From: Dimorphilus gyrociliatus
Taxonomy: Eukaryota > Animalia > Annelida
Reading direction: 5' to 3'
Length of the DNA: 64,000 nucleotides
NCBI GenBank assembly: GCA_904063045.1
Contig: CAJFCJ010000023.1
Coordinates: 310,001 to 374,000, forward strand
Shown here piece by piece: positions 1 to 13,535 of the stretch. The first letter of the stretch is position 1; the number at the start of each line of letters is the position of its first letter. The translations under genes were made by a program, and so were the position numbers. The notes under the pieces are model-generated. The model saw only the letters and a program-made list of their open reading frames with translations, searched no databases and was not told where the DNA came from.

Positions 1-340
1 AATATGTAAAAGAATATCTATATATATTTCATTCACTTTCTTTTTCAATACAAAATATAAAGAAACAATAATACGTTCTCCAGTAGCCGATTTCAATTTT
101 CTTTGACTCTCTCTTATAAAAGTTCCTTCGTGGTCTCCAATAAAAAACCAACCCATAAATCTACTAATCATTAAACTGACTAAATGGCAAACTACCCTTA
201 ATACTTATTTCTATTTAATAAAGTCTGACCGATTTGACGAAAAAGTCAATTTTATTGATTCTGTTTTTTTTTTTTAAAAAAAAAGAATGAAAGATAAAAG
301 CAAGTTTTGTGATTGAAGAGAACACGAAAAAGGATAAATT

Positions 341-3300
341 TTAAGTTTTCCTTGATTTTATATTTGAAAGTAGTCTCGGAGAAGGAAAAATGTTCACTTT
401 TTTTCCCAAATCGCCCGACATTGAAACAACCGCGTGATGATTTAGAGCAGGCAAACTATGTCTTTGAACTTTCATTGACTTTTCAATATCATTGAGATTG
501 GACGAAGGTAGACTACTGAGTCTTGAAGAATAATTGAATTTGTCTTTCAGTTCTTCCGTTTCATTTAAATTAGAGGTGGTATTAGAATTAGAGGTCATCC
601 CGACGCTATGATTGAGAATTTCCCGATGATAGTCCTGTAGTTTTAGTTTCCTTTGTCTTTCGGCCGCTTTCACGAGCCTTTCAGCTTTAATTTGTTTTTG
701 TACGCTATTAATCATTTTCCTAGGAATTTATTAGAAATCATTACTCTCTTTGTCTTTGATTATTTGATTAGATAGAAGTTAGTCAAGAAGAAAAGCAAAA
801 GTCAGTTAAAGGTGTATGGAAATTAGGAAGAGAAAGAGCGAGAGAAGAAAGGATTTGATTGGAAACAGATTATTTTGCTGTTTATAGAGACTCACTTGTA
901 ATTTACACTTGTCGAATCTGCTTCTTCCGCAGTCGTAATTTGAATATGCTTCATTAATTCAGCAATTTCATGCTTGTACAATTTGATGCCACATTTCTGA
1001 GTTAGGAATGGAGCGAGAGAGAGAAGAAAAAGAAAAAGACACGGACAGATAGACAACGAAGTAGAAAGAGAAGACAAACCAAGATAGACAGACGAGTAGA
1101 TATACATACATACGTTGAAAGGGTTAGAGGGAAAAGATGTCATAGATAGAAAAAAAGAAGAAAAAAAGACATATAATATATATATATATAAATGATTAAA
1201 ACGTACTGAAAGGGATATTAAAAATAGATACAAACTTCGAGTCTTTCCATAAAATTTTCAAAAGAGAGTAACTTTGTAACCTTTTTATCGAAAGATCTAA
1301 AGAGTTCGGTTGGCCTCAACTGCTTCACTTTCATGTAATCGATCACTCTCTGCATGGGTTCTACTTTCCTCCCTGCAAACATAATGCACTCTGACCTAAC
1401 GAGCTCAATTTCACTTTGACTCGATTAATTACTACCACCAAAATACACACAGAATACAATACCCTACATCACAAGATATTTACCCTGCCTTTGACCCAAA
1501 ATATCGTGCGAGGGAACAACTCCTCCGTGTTTACACTCAAAATGGCGCTCTTTTTTTATCATCATAACTATTATCTCAAATTCGCCTGTAACCGACGTAT
1601 CCTGAAAAATAGTAATGTATTTACGGTAAATTAATATGAGAAAACGTAAAGAAGTATTGATGAAAATTTGTTAAATGAATAAAACTAATAGCAAGAACCG
1701 TTAATCGACTCGTCATCACCTGTAGTCGATTATCGTTAAGAGGGTAATAAAGGCTAAACTAACACCGAGATCGAGTTTCCTCAACTTCGATCGTCCAACA
1801 GCGTCGATAACATCAAGACATCCGGTTGTCGTTAGGGGATTTTTAGCAAGGCCTAAATATTTTAAATTAGTATTTTGTTTAAGACCTTGACTTATAAAAA
1901 TGGCTCCTTCCCAATTTATTCGATTATCATTCAAATGTAACTCCTCTAGATTGGAATTCTTTTTTAAGAATTCCCTTATCGCCAGGGAACCTTCATATCC
2001 AAGACCATTCCAAGAGACATCTATTCTTTTCAATGTTTTATTTAAATGTAAAAATTTAAATAGAACAACTGCACCCTTCCCCAATAATCTATTCCAACTA
2101 AGATCCAACTCTGTTAAACATCGATTCTCATCTGTTTCCCATAGAGATTGTATGGTGCGGATAAAAAAACGAAATATAACTTAACGAAATAGATGGGATA
2201 AAAAAAAAACAAACTTAGGCCTAGCGACAAGTGATAAGCTCCCACTTCGTCAATAAAATTCCTACTCAGGTTTAGAACACAAAGTGTTGAATTCATCTAC
2301 AGGATAATTATGTAAAAAATTTTTAAATCCACTCTAATTGAACAACATTGATATGAAAAAAGAAAAGAAGAGCGGGAAAGGAAGAAGAGAAAAGCAAAGA
2401 GAGAAATTAGTAGAAAAAAGAATAATCCAGATTTCACTTCTGTTAGTTTCTAAATAAATTTAAAACTACCTTTAGACCCTGACAGAGATGGGCGACAGCC
2501 GAGGCGTCAAAGTTATTAGCTGTTTGGTAATACATTTGTGCTAGAATAATGTTTGATAGGCTCTATGTATAATTTACACGACAAGTTCAATTCCTTCAAG
2601 CTTTCATTCACCATTAAGAGTTCGGCGACAAACGCCGAACCTTCTTTTCCTATAGAATTACCACCAATATTCTGTGGGAGGAAAAATGTTTTAATTTTTC
2701 ATAAAATATGGCTTCCAACTTTGAGTTACTTAGCGGATAAGGAGATTTCTTTAGGTTTATAAATAAAAAGGAAGGCGCGGAGTGAAAATAAATACGTACT
2801 AGAAGTTGAAGAGAGAGATTTTGCTTTAGAATGGAACATAGTTTAGCTATTCCTTTAGCAGTAGCGTTGTTGTCCTCCAAATTAAAATTAACGATGCTTG
2901 AGTTGTTCTTGTTTTCGACGAAATGAAAAAAAAAAAGCAAGACATATTCGATAAAGAGATAAAATCAATTGAAAACTAAGTCTACATGTAAAGCCTCTGC
3001 TATAGCAATCACTTGCAAGCATCCCAAATGCCGACTTTTCAAGTTGAGACAATTCTTGTTTAAACCTTCCATCACTCTCATTTGGGGAGTAATTGAAAGT
3101 TTACTGCAAATTTTCTCGTATCCTGTGGATTGAATAGTCATTTTGAACAGAAAAAAATGTATATATTATCAAAATAGTTATAACTAAATAGAGAAGAGAC
3201 TATTTTACTTTCTCCTTCGTTCATTGTTAGAAGCTGAGTTTAAATGTCTGAATAAATTAAAAGTGAAAAGGGGATTGCAAGCGAAAATCGTAAATGAAAA

Positions 3301-5465
3301 ATTCATTTGTTGAATAGCATCATCATTTCATTTATTCATTGTCACCTTTAAAATTGCACGCAGCCCAGCCAGTCAGGCAGTTAGTTACTTTAGCAGGCAA
3401 CCAAATAACAGCCTACGTAAAGTATCATTTAAAGTAAAAGGCCTATTGCAGATTTTAACGCCAGGCCTCGTTACAAAGGATGACGAACATGCTTGTCAAA
3501 TCGAGGAAAATCGTTTTTCTCTCAGTCAGAGCAGGCGTAGCTGAACGAAAATTATTACGACTGTTTTTTTATAGGGACGTCGTAATTCTTTTAGGGACAT
3601 TCCAATAGTCGAATATGGTAAGAATGGTGAAGAATGAGACCGATTATCGAATAGCGTCGTTTCTACGCTAGTTGAATTTAACCAGATGGATAAGAGGAAG
3701 GAAAATGAAGGATACAAAATGAAAAAACTAAAATTTCATTTCAGAAGACAAGAGAACAGATGAAAAGACTGAAACAGGGAGAGAGAGAGAGAGAGAAAGT
3801 TAAGAATGACAGAAGAGATAGAGTAGAAGCATAAAAATAGATAAATATCAAATATTCATTATTATTAGAATGCAAAATAATTTCTCTTTATTTGTTTTGG
3901 TTTTCAGAAAGAAGGAAAACTAAAAATTGAAAAAAAAATAGGAAAAATGCGAAAAATTCTTGTCAAGACAAAAAATAAATAAAAAAGAAAAGAAATATAA
4001 TTGAAAACTAGACATAAGTTCCCTCCATCTTTTCAACTTCGTTTAATAACAACATTCTTTCGTCTATTTGGCAAAGGGCGTCGTTTTTAGTCGTTTCATC
4101 AGCGTTCTCATTTTCTATTGTGACGGCGTCATCCTCACTTACGAATATGGGCGGAATATTTTCCGTTTCGGATTTGCATGAGCGATTGTCGTCCTCACTC
4201 TGTAATTTTGTTGACAATCAATCAATTAAAACAAATCAGCCTTTTTTTTCTCCAAAACTTTTTATTTTTTTTCAACCGGAAGTTCAATTAATTATTGAAA
4301 TAACTTGACTTTAAGAATGCAGGAAAACAATGATTAGCATGCATCGGTTGTGTTTTTTCTTTTGTAATTAGTATTATTGTTATGTAATATATTAAATAAT
4401 AACAATAAAGTAGTAAAAGAAAGGATTGGTTGTTTTTTCTTGTTTTTTAAAGTAAATGTTCATCTAGAGGACAAAAGTAAGAACAAAAGATAATACTAAG
4501 GCAGATAATAATAAATACAATATATCATACACAGGTGTTGAAAAGAAGATAAACTGTATACACTTGTATACGCATAATTATACAATACATTCATATACAG
4601 TTTATTCCAATATCTATATATTAATATATGCAAATATATAGATATATGAATATTTAAATATAATACATTCATGCATCTTGTATTTGTAATACATATATAC
4701 AGTATATATTAGTATATGCTAATACTGTATACTGCATATTCTATAAGTTTTATATGGAGAATGCAACAAATCAAATATACTTCTAAAGAAAAAGAAAAAA
4801 AAACAGAATATTAACTGAATTTGTTACTTCTTTTGTATACGTTGTACGCAAAAGACTTGCAGACAATTAATTAATTACAGTGATAAGGAAGGAGGAGGTC
4901 TTAATTACTAATTAACTGTAACGGTGTTTGCTCTTAATATTATATGGTAATATAATAAATTAATAAACATTTTTTTAACGTCGTATTAAGGTAATGTTGC
5001 ATTTTATACACATTAGCTTGTCGTCTGTTTGTTTGTTTCAAGGTTAAGGTTAAGATTAAGTGCTTTGAATAAAATTGTTTTCTTGATGAAAGCCTTTTCT
5101 TATATCTTATATAATGCATATGTTTTACTCCTCTCTTTTTTTGTTATAGTTTGTATGCCTATATAAATCTAATATGTTTTATATTCTCTAATCATTTTTT
5201 TACTAACTGACCACATTCGACTCGCCGGCATCGGCTATAAACTGTACCGTTGTAGGTCGGGCTTGAGGTGAAGACTGTGCGGAAACTGTTAATTGCTGCA
5301 TTTCCGCGTTAGAGGGCGCATCTTCTGGCTTTACACTCCCACTCCTAGATGGCGCCAGACTTTGCTTAGGAGAATTATTCGATTGTCTACTAGAGGGCTT
5401 TATAGATAAATTCATTAATGAATTATTCATTAGCACTTAATTAAGTCCTTCCTCACCCTTTTCAT
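341..5465 (-). CDS. LRRC74: LRRC74-like leucine-rich-repeat protein with C-terminal EF-hand-like pair (about 659 aa, 14 coding exons)
   Basis: Exons (-): 5457-5465, 5212-5397, 4014-4199, 3209-3233, 2986-3122, 2800-2907, 2578-2671, 2470-2519, 2215-2296, 1764-2131, 1484-1601, 1236-1372, 896-996, 341-719. All introns are GT-AG and phase-compatible; total 1980 nt. RI-type LRRs: LNLSRNFIDEVGA, LDLSWNRLLGKGA, IDVSWNGLGYEGS, LHLNDNRINWEGA. The N-terminal YEKICSKLSITP..LNLKSRHLG and the HGG motif resemble LRRC74. The four 5' exons are less certain than the LRR exons, and A versus B paralogue is unresolved. Confidence 0.8.
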
Positions 5466-6600
5466 TTCGTTTTGCCTGAGAGTCACGCTACAACTGCGAA
5501 AGGGAGCTCGCCTTGTTTCGTCGAGTCTTTCCCGGTGTTTCTTGACAAAACTTCTGCAAGATTAAAAATACGATTAGTACGGAAGAGAGGAAAGGAAAAC
5601 ATTTACGAAAAAAAAAAGAGTAGCTTTTTAATGTTTCTATTAATGAAAATATTTTTCTGCGGAGATAGTCAATAAAGTAGAAATAACAAGAATTAAATCT
5701 CGTTTTCTCTACTTGCCAGTCTTTCTACATTTTATTTCGTTTATTCGCCCCCCACCCCTCTCCTCTATAGTCTCCTTCGTCCTTTCCCCCCCTCTCTCTA
5801 TCCATTAAATACTCTTAAATTTTTGTCAATTTTCATCATTGAACGCGTTCGAAATTTTTGAACAGTTGTCAATAAAAAGGCAATTAGTCACAGCTTATAA
5901 TTTGCTATAATAAGTTAATTGATCAAGGGCTCATAGATGAGTTGAAAAAAACGCTAAAAGGTTTTTATGCCTTTTTTCATTCTCCTCTATTTTTTCCTTC
6001 GTACTCTCTTTTACTATTAATTTCTTCTTTATGAAATTCAAACACAACTGTAAATCTACTACATCTCCCTTTACTCTCAAAACAAAAAATATTTTCAATC
6101 GTTCATCAAAAATGCTATTCAAGTTTAGCTTGAACATTTCAAAACGTAATCTCGTTAATTTTATTAGCCAAAGAGTGAAAACTAAATGAAAAAAATAGAG
6201 ACAGAGAGCGGGAGATAGAAAAAGTAAATATGCAAACAATATCTGGGAGAGAGAGGAATATTTCAAGGTGTTGAATACATAAGCAAATAGACTTCGTGTT
6301 GGCGAATAAGTGTAAGGGTATAGGCATTTGCGGTGAGGGTATGATAGGAGGAGGGGGATGAGGGGAGGGGGGCGTGTCTGAGGGAGTGGAAAGAATAATA
6401 CGGAAAGGGGGGAAGGGGGAACATGGATGAATAGAAATGCGAAGGGAAATATTAAGTTTACAGAACAGATAAAAAGAAAGAAAAGGGATAACTAACCTGA
6501 TTCTCAATGCGAAAGCAGCAATAGAAAATCCTCCCAAGACTATCGAACAACTAACAATAACGGTGATCTGAGTTCGGTTTAGACTAGCGCCTGTGTATAA

Positions 6601-6650
6601 ATATGGCGGATTTATTAATTAAACCAATTTTCGTCGCCGTGGTCGGAAGT
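6601..6650. promoter_or_regulatory. Candidate promoter upstream of the LRR gene
   Basis: YY1-like ATGGCGG (6603-6609), CCAAT (6624-6628) and ETS CGGAAGT (6644-6650) within 50 bp of locally CpG-richer sequence. Motif match only. Confidence 0.35.
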
Positions 6651-7363
6651 CCGTAGAAAATGTCAAGAACTGGTGGTGATTAGGCTTAGTTTTTTCCCAA
6701 TGCGCAATTATACTAAAAGCTTTCTAACCCAAAGCTTTCCATGTATTTCTCAAAGTGGTGTTTAGTAGATTAAACCAGATAACTAGAGAAAATAATTTCT
6801 GTTAATTGCGCATGATTTATTGATTAATTCCATCAACAACAATTTAACATATTTTTTCTTTTTTTTTCTTTTTCTCTTTTGTTTTATGACCGCTTTTTTC
6901 TTCTTTCTATCTGTTTTTTTTCTCTCTCTTGTTTTTATAATCTTTATGGGGAAAATTCTTTCGGAAATACTCTACACCGTTCGTTTTATTTGTACTCTAT
7001 GTGCTGTATTCTTAATACTTGTATGCTAAATATTAATGACGATTTATATTAATGTCATTATTTTCTACTTAGGCTTTTTTCTTTAGGCTAACAATAGTAG
7101 GCATTTTCATACACCTTAACATTTATCAAGATAATATCATTATTTTTGTCTTTTTTAACTACAATCTAAATATTCATATACGAATATACATTTAATCTTT
7201 ATATACAGTATCCCATACCAAGATGTCTACAGTATTCCTTCTCGTCCATATATAGTACATTATAGTATATATTTTACTATATAATATATACAGTAAAGTA
7301 CTGTATACTATAATACATACGTTTAGATAACATATGCATTTACGTTAATATACTCTTCCATAA

Positions 7364-7398
<35 letters not shown>

Positions 7399-7726
7399 AA
7401 AACATCATTTTCTCTCACAGTATTCTTTACGTACAAAATACTGCATATAAAGATAAATATATATGAATATTTTTGGGCAACTAAGCGCTTTTATCATTTT
7501 AATCATCTCTTTCGCCGTCGATTTGAATGGTGCTAAGCCGAACGTAGAGTAGATAGAGATGAAAAAGAAGCAGAAAGTCGCACAGCAAATTGATGCTTGT
7601 CATAATCGGATGTGAAAGGTGCCAGAGATGAAGTATCGATGAAGGTTGCGATGAGGGAGAATAGAGCACAAGACATATAAACAAATAAATAGATAGATAG
7701 ATAGATATACAGAAAGTGAGAGTGTA

Positions 7727-7757
<31 letters not shown>

Positions 7758-8609
7758 GACACACACACACACGAATGAGAGAGAGAGAGTGAGAGAAGAG
7801 GAGACGAGTGAGTTTTCCATAAATGGTACTGTTAGGAAGCAGCAGGAGAGATGGTGCAGCTATTATGACGACGGTAGAAGATGACAGAGTTGAAGAATTT
7901 CTACCCTATTTTATTCTTTGGATTTTGAGGCAAAATTTTAGTAAGAGAAAACGATGATTAAGATGATAAGCGCGATTGAAAGTGATTGAGTTAGCGTTAC
8001 AGTTACATTTACAGTAATAATAATACATTAAAGATTAAAGTAACAGTAAATAGCTGAAATGGTAAACTTGATCTGAAGGAATGTAATTGAAAATCTTTCA
8101 TCAATTTTTATAGGGGAAAAGTTAGAAAATGGATAGAGATAGGAAAAGAAAGAAAAATTCTGATATCCAAGAAGGAAAAGAGTTCAAAAGAAGAAAAAGG
8201 ATAGGAAAAACAGAAAGAAAATGATGAATAGCAGAAATAATTCTATAAATAATCACAATAGTAATAAGACCAATAATTAAAAAAATAATAAAAGTAGAAA
8301 ACTAATAAGATAAAACAAAACTACTTAGGAGAAGAGAAAAACGGAAAAAGGTGAGGGTAAGGAAAAGGGGTTTGGATACGAAAGTAACGAAAAGGAAGAA
8401 AAAAAGAGAGCTAAGAAAAAGAGTTGCATGTAATTAGATGTCAGGTTTCTCTTTGTTTTCCAAACGAATTTGATAATATATTAATTGCTTGCGTAAAGAA
8501 AGAGCGAGCCAGTTTCGTCTAGTTAGACGAGTATACAATTACTTGATAGATTCTACTACAGCTATTAGTTGAGATAGTAATAGTATTTCGAAAATAGTAC
8601 ATGACTTAC

Positions 8610-9630
8610 AGAATGGGTGGAATTTAAGATGATATGTCTCCTACGTGATTTATTCAATAAACGCCTATCAATCAATATGGAATCGCTGATGCTAAAAGCG
8701 TTTTTAAATACGCAGCCTAAAATAACGGGAATAGATGATGTTGAAAAGAAAAGGAACTGTTGGATAAGAAGAATATCAGGAAACTATTTACGGATTATTC
8801 GGAAAAGTATCACTTTTACAAAAAGAGACTAGAGAGAGTGTTCCTTTTCTGTTTTTCTATTTTATTTGTTCGTTCGTTTATTTTCATTTCTTAGTTCCTT
8901 AATCATTTTAGAAGTGAAGAAGAAGAAGGATGAAGAAAAATTGTCAATGAACAAAATGAGTGTAGTTTTATTAAACGCACATCTAATTATCTGTTATTAT
9001 TTATAGAGTACTCACATCTATTTCTACTAATATTTATTAAGTACTCAAGAAAGGTCGAACTTGCTGCATATATCCATTATTTCTAAATTGATTACTCTTG
9101 AGCTTAGATATTGCTATAAGATTTGCAAGTAAATCTTTCTCTTCCTCTTTTGTTTTCTTTTTTATAGAATGACAAAAAAACACCTTCCAGTCTTAGTAAT
9201 TTTCCTTTGTTTTTATATTATTAACGGGAGGCGAAATGGACCGATTGTAAGGGAATTTGTTCTTTTATTTTCATAAATATAAACAATTGTACTAACCTTG
9301 ACTTTCGTCTTTACTCTTTCTCTCTAAAGTCATATTTCCATCGAGAAACTTTGATTGGTTATCTTGTTTAGGGCACATATTCTCCAAATTATTTTCTACT
9401 TCTTCAAATTCCCTCCTACCTTCGTGTTGGATGAAAAGCATGCTTACCATTATCTGAACGTCTCCGTTAGTTTGATTTCTAGACGTCGTTTTGACTGACG
9501 GATGTTTGCCTATAGTATAGCAACGATCATCTGCCAAAACCTGTAATTCCTCCATTATTTCGACAATTTGTTTAACCAGTTGTAAATTTCTTTCCTTCTT
9601 CAAATCAATTGTATATTCTCTCAATTCAAC
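8610..9630 (-). CDS. Two in-frame coding exons of an unidentified protein (partial gene)
   Basis: Exon 9297-9630 (tatcag acceptor, caag|gttagt donor) and exon 8610-8716 (ttttag acceptor, tct|gtaagt donor) join in phase 1: VELREYTIDLKKERNLQLVKQIVEIMEELQ...KDESQGCVFKNAF...NSTHS. The minus strand is purine-rich, as in the other coding exons here. No family recognised. Confidence 0.5.
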
Positions 9631-10096
9631 CTGATAATCATGGACGAATGAAATTTTTTACGCTTCTAATCACTTTTGTTTACTTTGCCTAGTCTATTTC
9701 TTTTTTGTTAGTTTTCTGTTTTATTACTCTCTATCCATCTATCTATATATATCTATCTATCATTCTGTTCCCTCCTTCTCTTTCTCCTCTCTCCTCCCCT
9801 CCTCGTCATTTACATTTGACATAATCTGTTTTATACGAAAGAAATAATAGTATGTAAAAAATTTAGCTTTAATCTACCACCTTCTACACCCCCTTCCACT
9901 ATGTCCTTGGAGCTTTGAATAATTGATTGTCTAAAGTACAGTAGATTGTCGACTTTTTTTGTTTGCATTAGAAGTATAAAAATGGAAAAGAGACGAATAA
10001 AGAAATTGAATTTTAAATTTAAATAGGAGCGTCTAATAAACGAAATATACGAAAATATGAATATATAAATAGTAAATATTGAATATCCAGGATATA

Positions 10097-10139
<43 letters not shown>

Positions 10140-13100
10140 TGTATCATCAATGTTCTATATTTATTTATTTATATATTTATGTGTTTGTATGAGATATGTG
10201 ATGGGAAAAATAAGCCCTTGTAGTCGGTTTGACGATAATGCGAAGAATATTGATAGAAGCATCGAAATAATCTAAAGATATGATTCCATTTCGATAAAAG
10301 AGGATTGGAGAATTAAATTAAAAATAAAATCATTCGTCCATGAACTTGACCTCTCTTTCGCTGTTTTTATCGGCCGGACGAGAAAGAGCAAAATTTAATA
10401 AAACGACAGAGAAGAAGAAGTGAGCAATTAGCATGACCTCTTTTTTTCCTTCTCTTCTTTTATCTTCTAGTTTTTTCTTCTTAGTTCTTCTCTATTTATT
10501 TTTACTTGCCGTAAAAAATCGAAGCAAGTCAAACAAACCAGTTAGGAAGAACGCGAGTCGCGCATTGATGGAATCCCAGAAAACAGTAAGTCGGGTGGTG
10601 GCCTGTAAATTGTAGACAATATGCAAATCAGTTGTTTGTAGGCGTCACATTTTTCTACTATTGGTTTCGTTTGGATTATACATCTGTTTCTTCGCTCAAT
10701 TTCACGGTCACCATTATCGAATCTATCACCGCTCCATACCCCTTTATTGATTTTGATAGGCCTAGTGAAGTATAGTACTCAAGGGGTGCATGAATTTCTC
10801 TCTAATCTTTTCTTTTTCTCTTTTTCTCTGTCTAGTCTACACTATGGTACGGATACTGAGCCGCCCCAAAAGAATTCTCAACCCCTCCTTCCAGCGCTCT
10901 TTCGTCATGCATGTTCCCTCGATATTATTCTCTTTCCTACTCTCTGCTTGTCCCTGCCGTCTCTTTCGTTTCATTTCTAGAGTCTTTTAACCTAACGCCT
11001 TCCCTCCTTTTATTTTTCCCCAGCTAGTTTAACACTATCTTTTTCGCCCTCTCCCAACACAACTCCCTCCATCGCTAAACGCTCTTTTATGTCTTTTCTT
11101 TTTATGTTTATCTATCGTTTCGCTTTTTTCCTTCTCTTTAAAGATTCTCTCACCCGAAAAGAATTTCTTGATTTGACGCTTCCCAACAAACGTACAACCG
11201 CCGCGTTTTTATAATTCAGCTCTGGGAAAAACGTGCCTAAGTCAACGTTGTAACCGATAGCGAATCGAGGGAATGAATTAATGACCGAATTAGTGCACTC
11301 GAAGCGGCCGTATAGACGGCTTTTTTTTATGCGAGGAGACGCCTATTTCTCAGTTGGTGATAAACAAAATTCCTTTCGTTAGGCAAAAGGAATATTCATA
11401 GTAGAATAAGAAAATTGTACGTCTTACTCACGCTAGATAAAGAGCTTCATTTGACGATCAAGGATATTTGTTCTTGTTTTATATTCCAGTTCGTATTTTC
11501 ATTAAAGATGCTTAATATTCAAGATAACAAAAAACAAAACACAGCAGAAGAGAGAGAGAGAGAGGAAAATTACTCGCAGAATAAAAGCCTTACAACGAGG
11601 ACTATGGTTAATCCTGAGCTTTGTTTTTTCTTTTCTATTCCTATTTATTCGTTGTAGATAAGGAACTGGCAACAGTAGTAGTGACGATACGGCGACAATG
11701 ATGATGGTGATGAGGTATCTGAGAGAAAAACGCAAGGTGTAGTTGATAAGAAGATGGAGAAGTAAGTAAATAAGTCAGGCAGTCAGGCAGCCAAGCAATC
11801 AACAACAGCGATACTATAAATGTGGTTGTTGACGATTTGTAAGCTGAAATCGCTATCGGAATAAAACAAGGCAGACTAGATTTGCCGTAGGAGTGGAATT
11901 AGCGACTGTCGTTGATTTATGAATAATAATATAGATGAAACAGGCGAATAGGCGAATGAAGAAAGTAAAGAGGAAGAAAAGGGAACTTTTCCTCTTTCTC
12001 TCCCTTTTATTATGTCCACTTCTCAGTAAACCAGGCAATGTGTCTGCCCGTCCGTCCGTCCGTCGTCCGGCTTATTTGTTCTTTCGGCCAACTACCCTTG
12101 GAACGAGGGGTAAAATGAAAACTGACTTGGCACAGCAGCGAAAGCAGCGACATCAGGCGGTGTAAGGACGCTTTGAAGAGGCCTATTATATAGAACTTTT
12201 CCTCAAGAAAAATATCCCTACTTAACGAGAGTGTATATAGAGAGAGGAAATTGAAGGAAAAAGAGCAGAAGTACACAGTTTATACTTTATTCACAAACGA
12301 GGACAATTAAACAGTAATCAATAGATAGATGGACGAATAGATGGGATAGCGAGAGAGCGAGAGAGAGACATACTCGTCTGAATTAGCCGGACAAGAGAGA
12401 AAGAATAATTAATGAAGAGAGTAAGAGAAAAATAAAAACTATAAATTAGCAACGTGTAAAACAAACAGAAGAGAATATTGAGACGCGGGTATTGACTGTT
12501 TTGAGATGTTGAATGGCATATAGAGTAATAGAAGGCATGTAGCATCTGCGTGTATTTAAAGATAACATCGGATAAGACTGGACTTACAAGAAACACGTGC
12601 CAGTATTCTTTATAAATAGTATAAATAGAATAAATTAAATAAAAGAGGTAAGAAGAGAAAAAAAATCAAAGAATAAAGGAATGAAAAGAATAAAAGAATG
12701 TTTTAAATGTTTATTGAGGCTGGCAATCTAAACAAGAATCTATTTACAAATAGGAATATTATGAAATCTCTCCAGTCATGCAGACTGCTAAGCAGGCAGA
12801 CAAGCAAGAAAGCTAAAAAATAAGGAAGTGAGCAAATTGTAGAACAGACGGAAAACTAGAAAACACCGGCAATTTTAAGGATAAGGGGGAGGGAAACGGA
12901 GGAAACTAGCGAAAGGTCTGACTGTATTCGATTAGTTCTAGCCCCTTATTCATTTCAACTTATCGTAATCACCGTCTTTGATTCAACGTAATTTTAATGT
13001 GTCTCCCCAAGACAAAATGGCTGCTAGTCACGAGAAATGATTTCCACTTGACTCATTTATATTCGACGAAAATCAATAGAAAGACGACCAACAGAAAGAA

Positions 13101-13498
13101 AAAACTCAATCTCTCCCAAGCTAACACTGAATTTTCTCATATATTTCTTTTTTAACGCTAACATTCGATAAAAGGCGAAAAAAGACTATAATTAGGCGGG
13201 AAATTCTCTAAAGAATTGCGCACCCCCTAATCAACTGTCTCTAACGTATATATAAGCCGCTATATATACTTTTTCCCTTAATAAATGTGGAGAAAAACCG
13301 CAAATCTGTAAATCTGTAAAAGGGGAGGGGTGGTTTGTGGGAGGGGGAGGTTATAGGAAGTAAACTGGGTAGCAAGGAAACAAATGAACATTTTTATGTG
13401 CGGTATGCGAAAGTTAGTCGATTAAATCTATGCAATGTATACATAGCATATAGATAGAGAGATGGATAGATAGATGGATATATATACAGTATATATGT

Positions 13499-13500
<2 letters not shown>

Positions 13501-13530
<30 letters not shown>
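13501..13530. repeat. (AG)15 microsatellite
   Basis: Perfect dinucleotide run; many similar GA/CT runs occur across the window. Confidence 0.95.

Positions 13531-13535
<5 letters not shown>

Noticed and set aside
7490-7600. miR-29-like sequence as a miRNA precursor
   Set aside because: No complementary arm within hairpin distance on either side; kept only as a weak target-site idea.
7499-7820. ORFs rich in SLSLSL/CVCV (also 24976-25302, 42925-43137 and 61158-61421)
   Set aside because: Open frames produced by CT, GT and AT microsatellites; no domain features.
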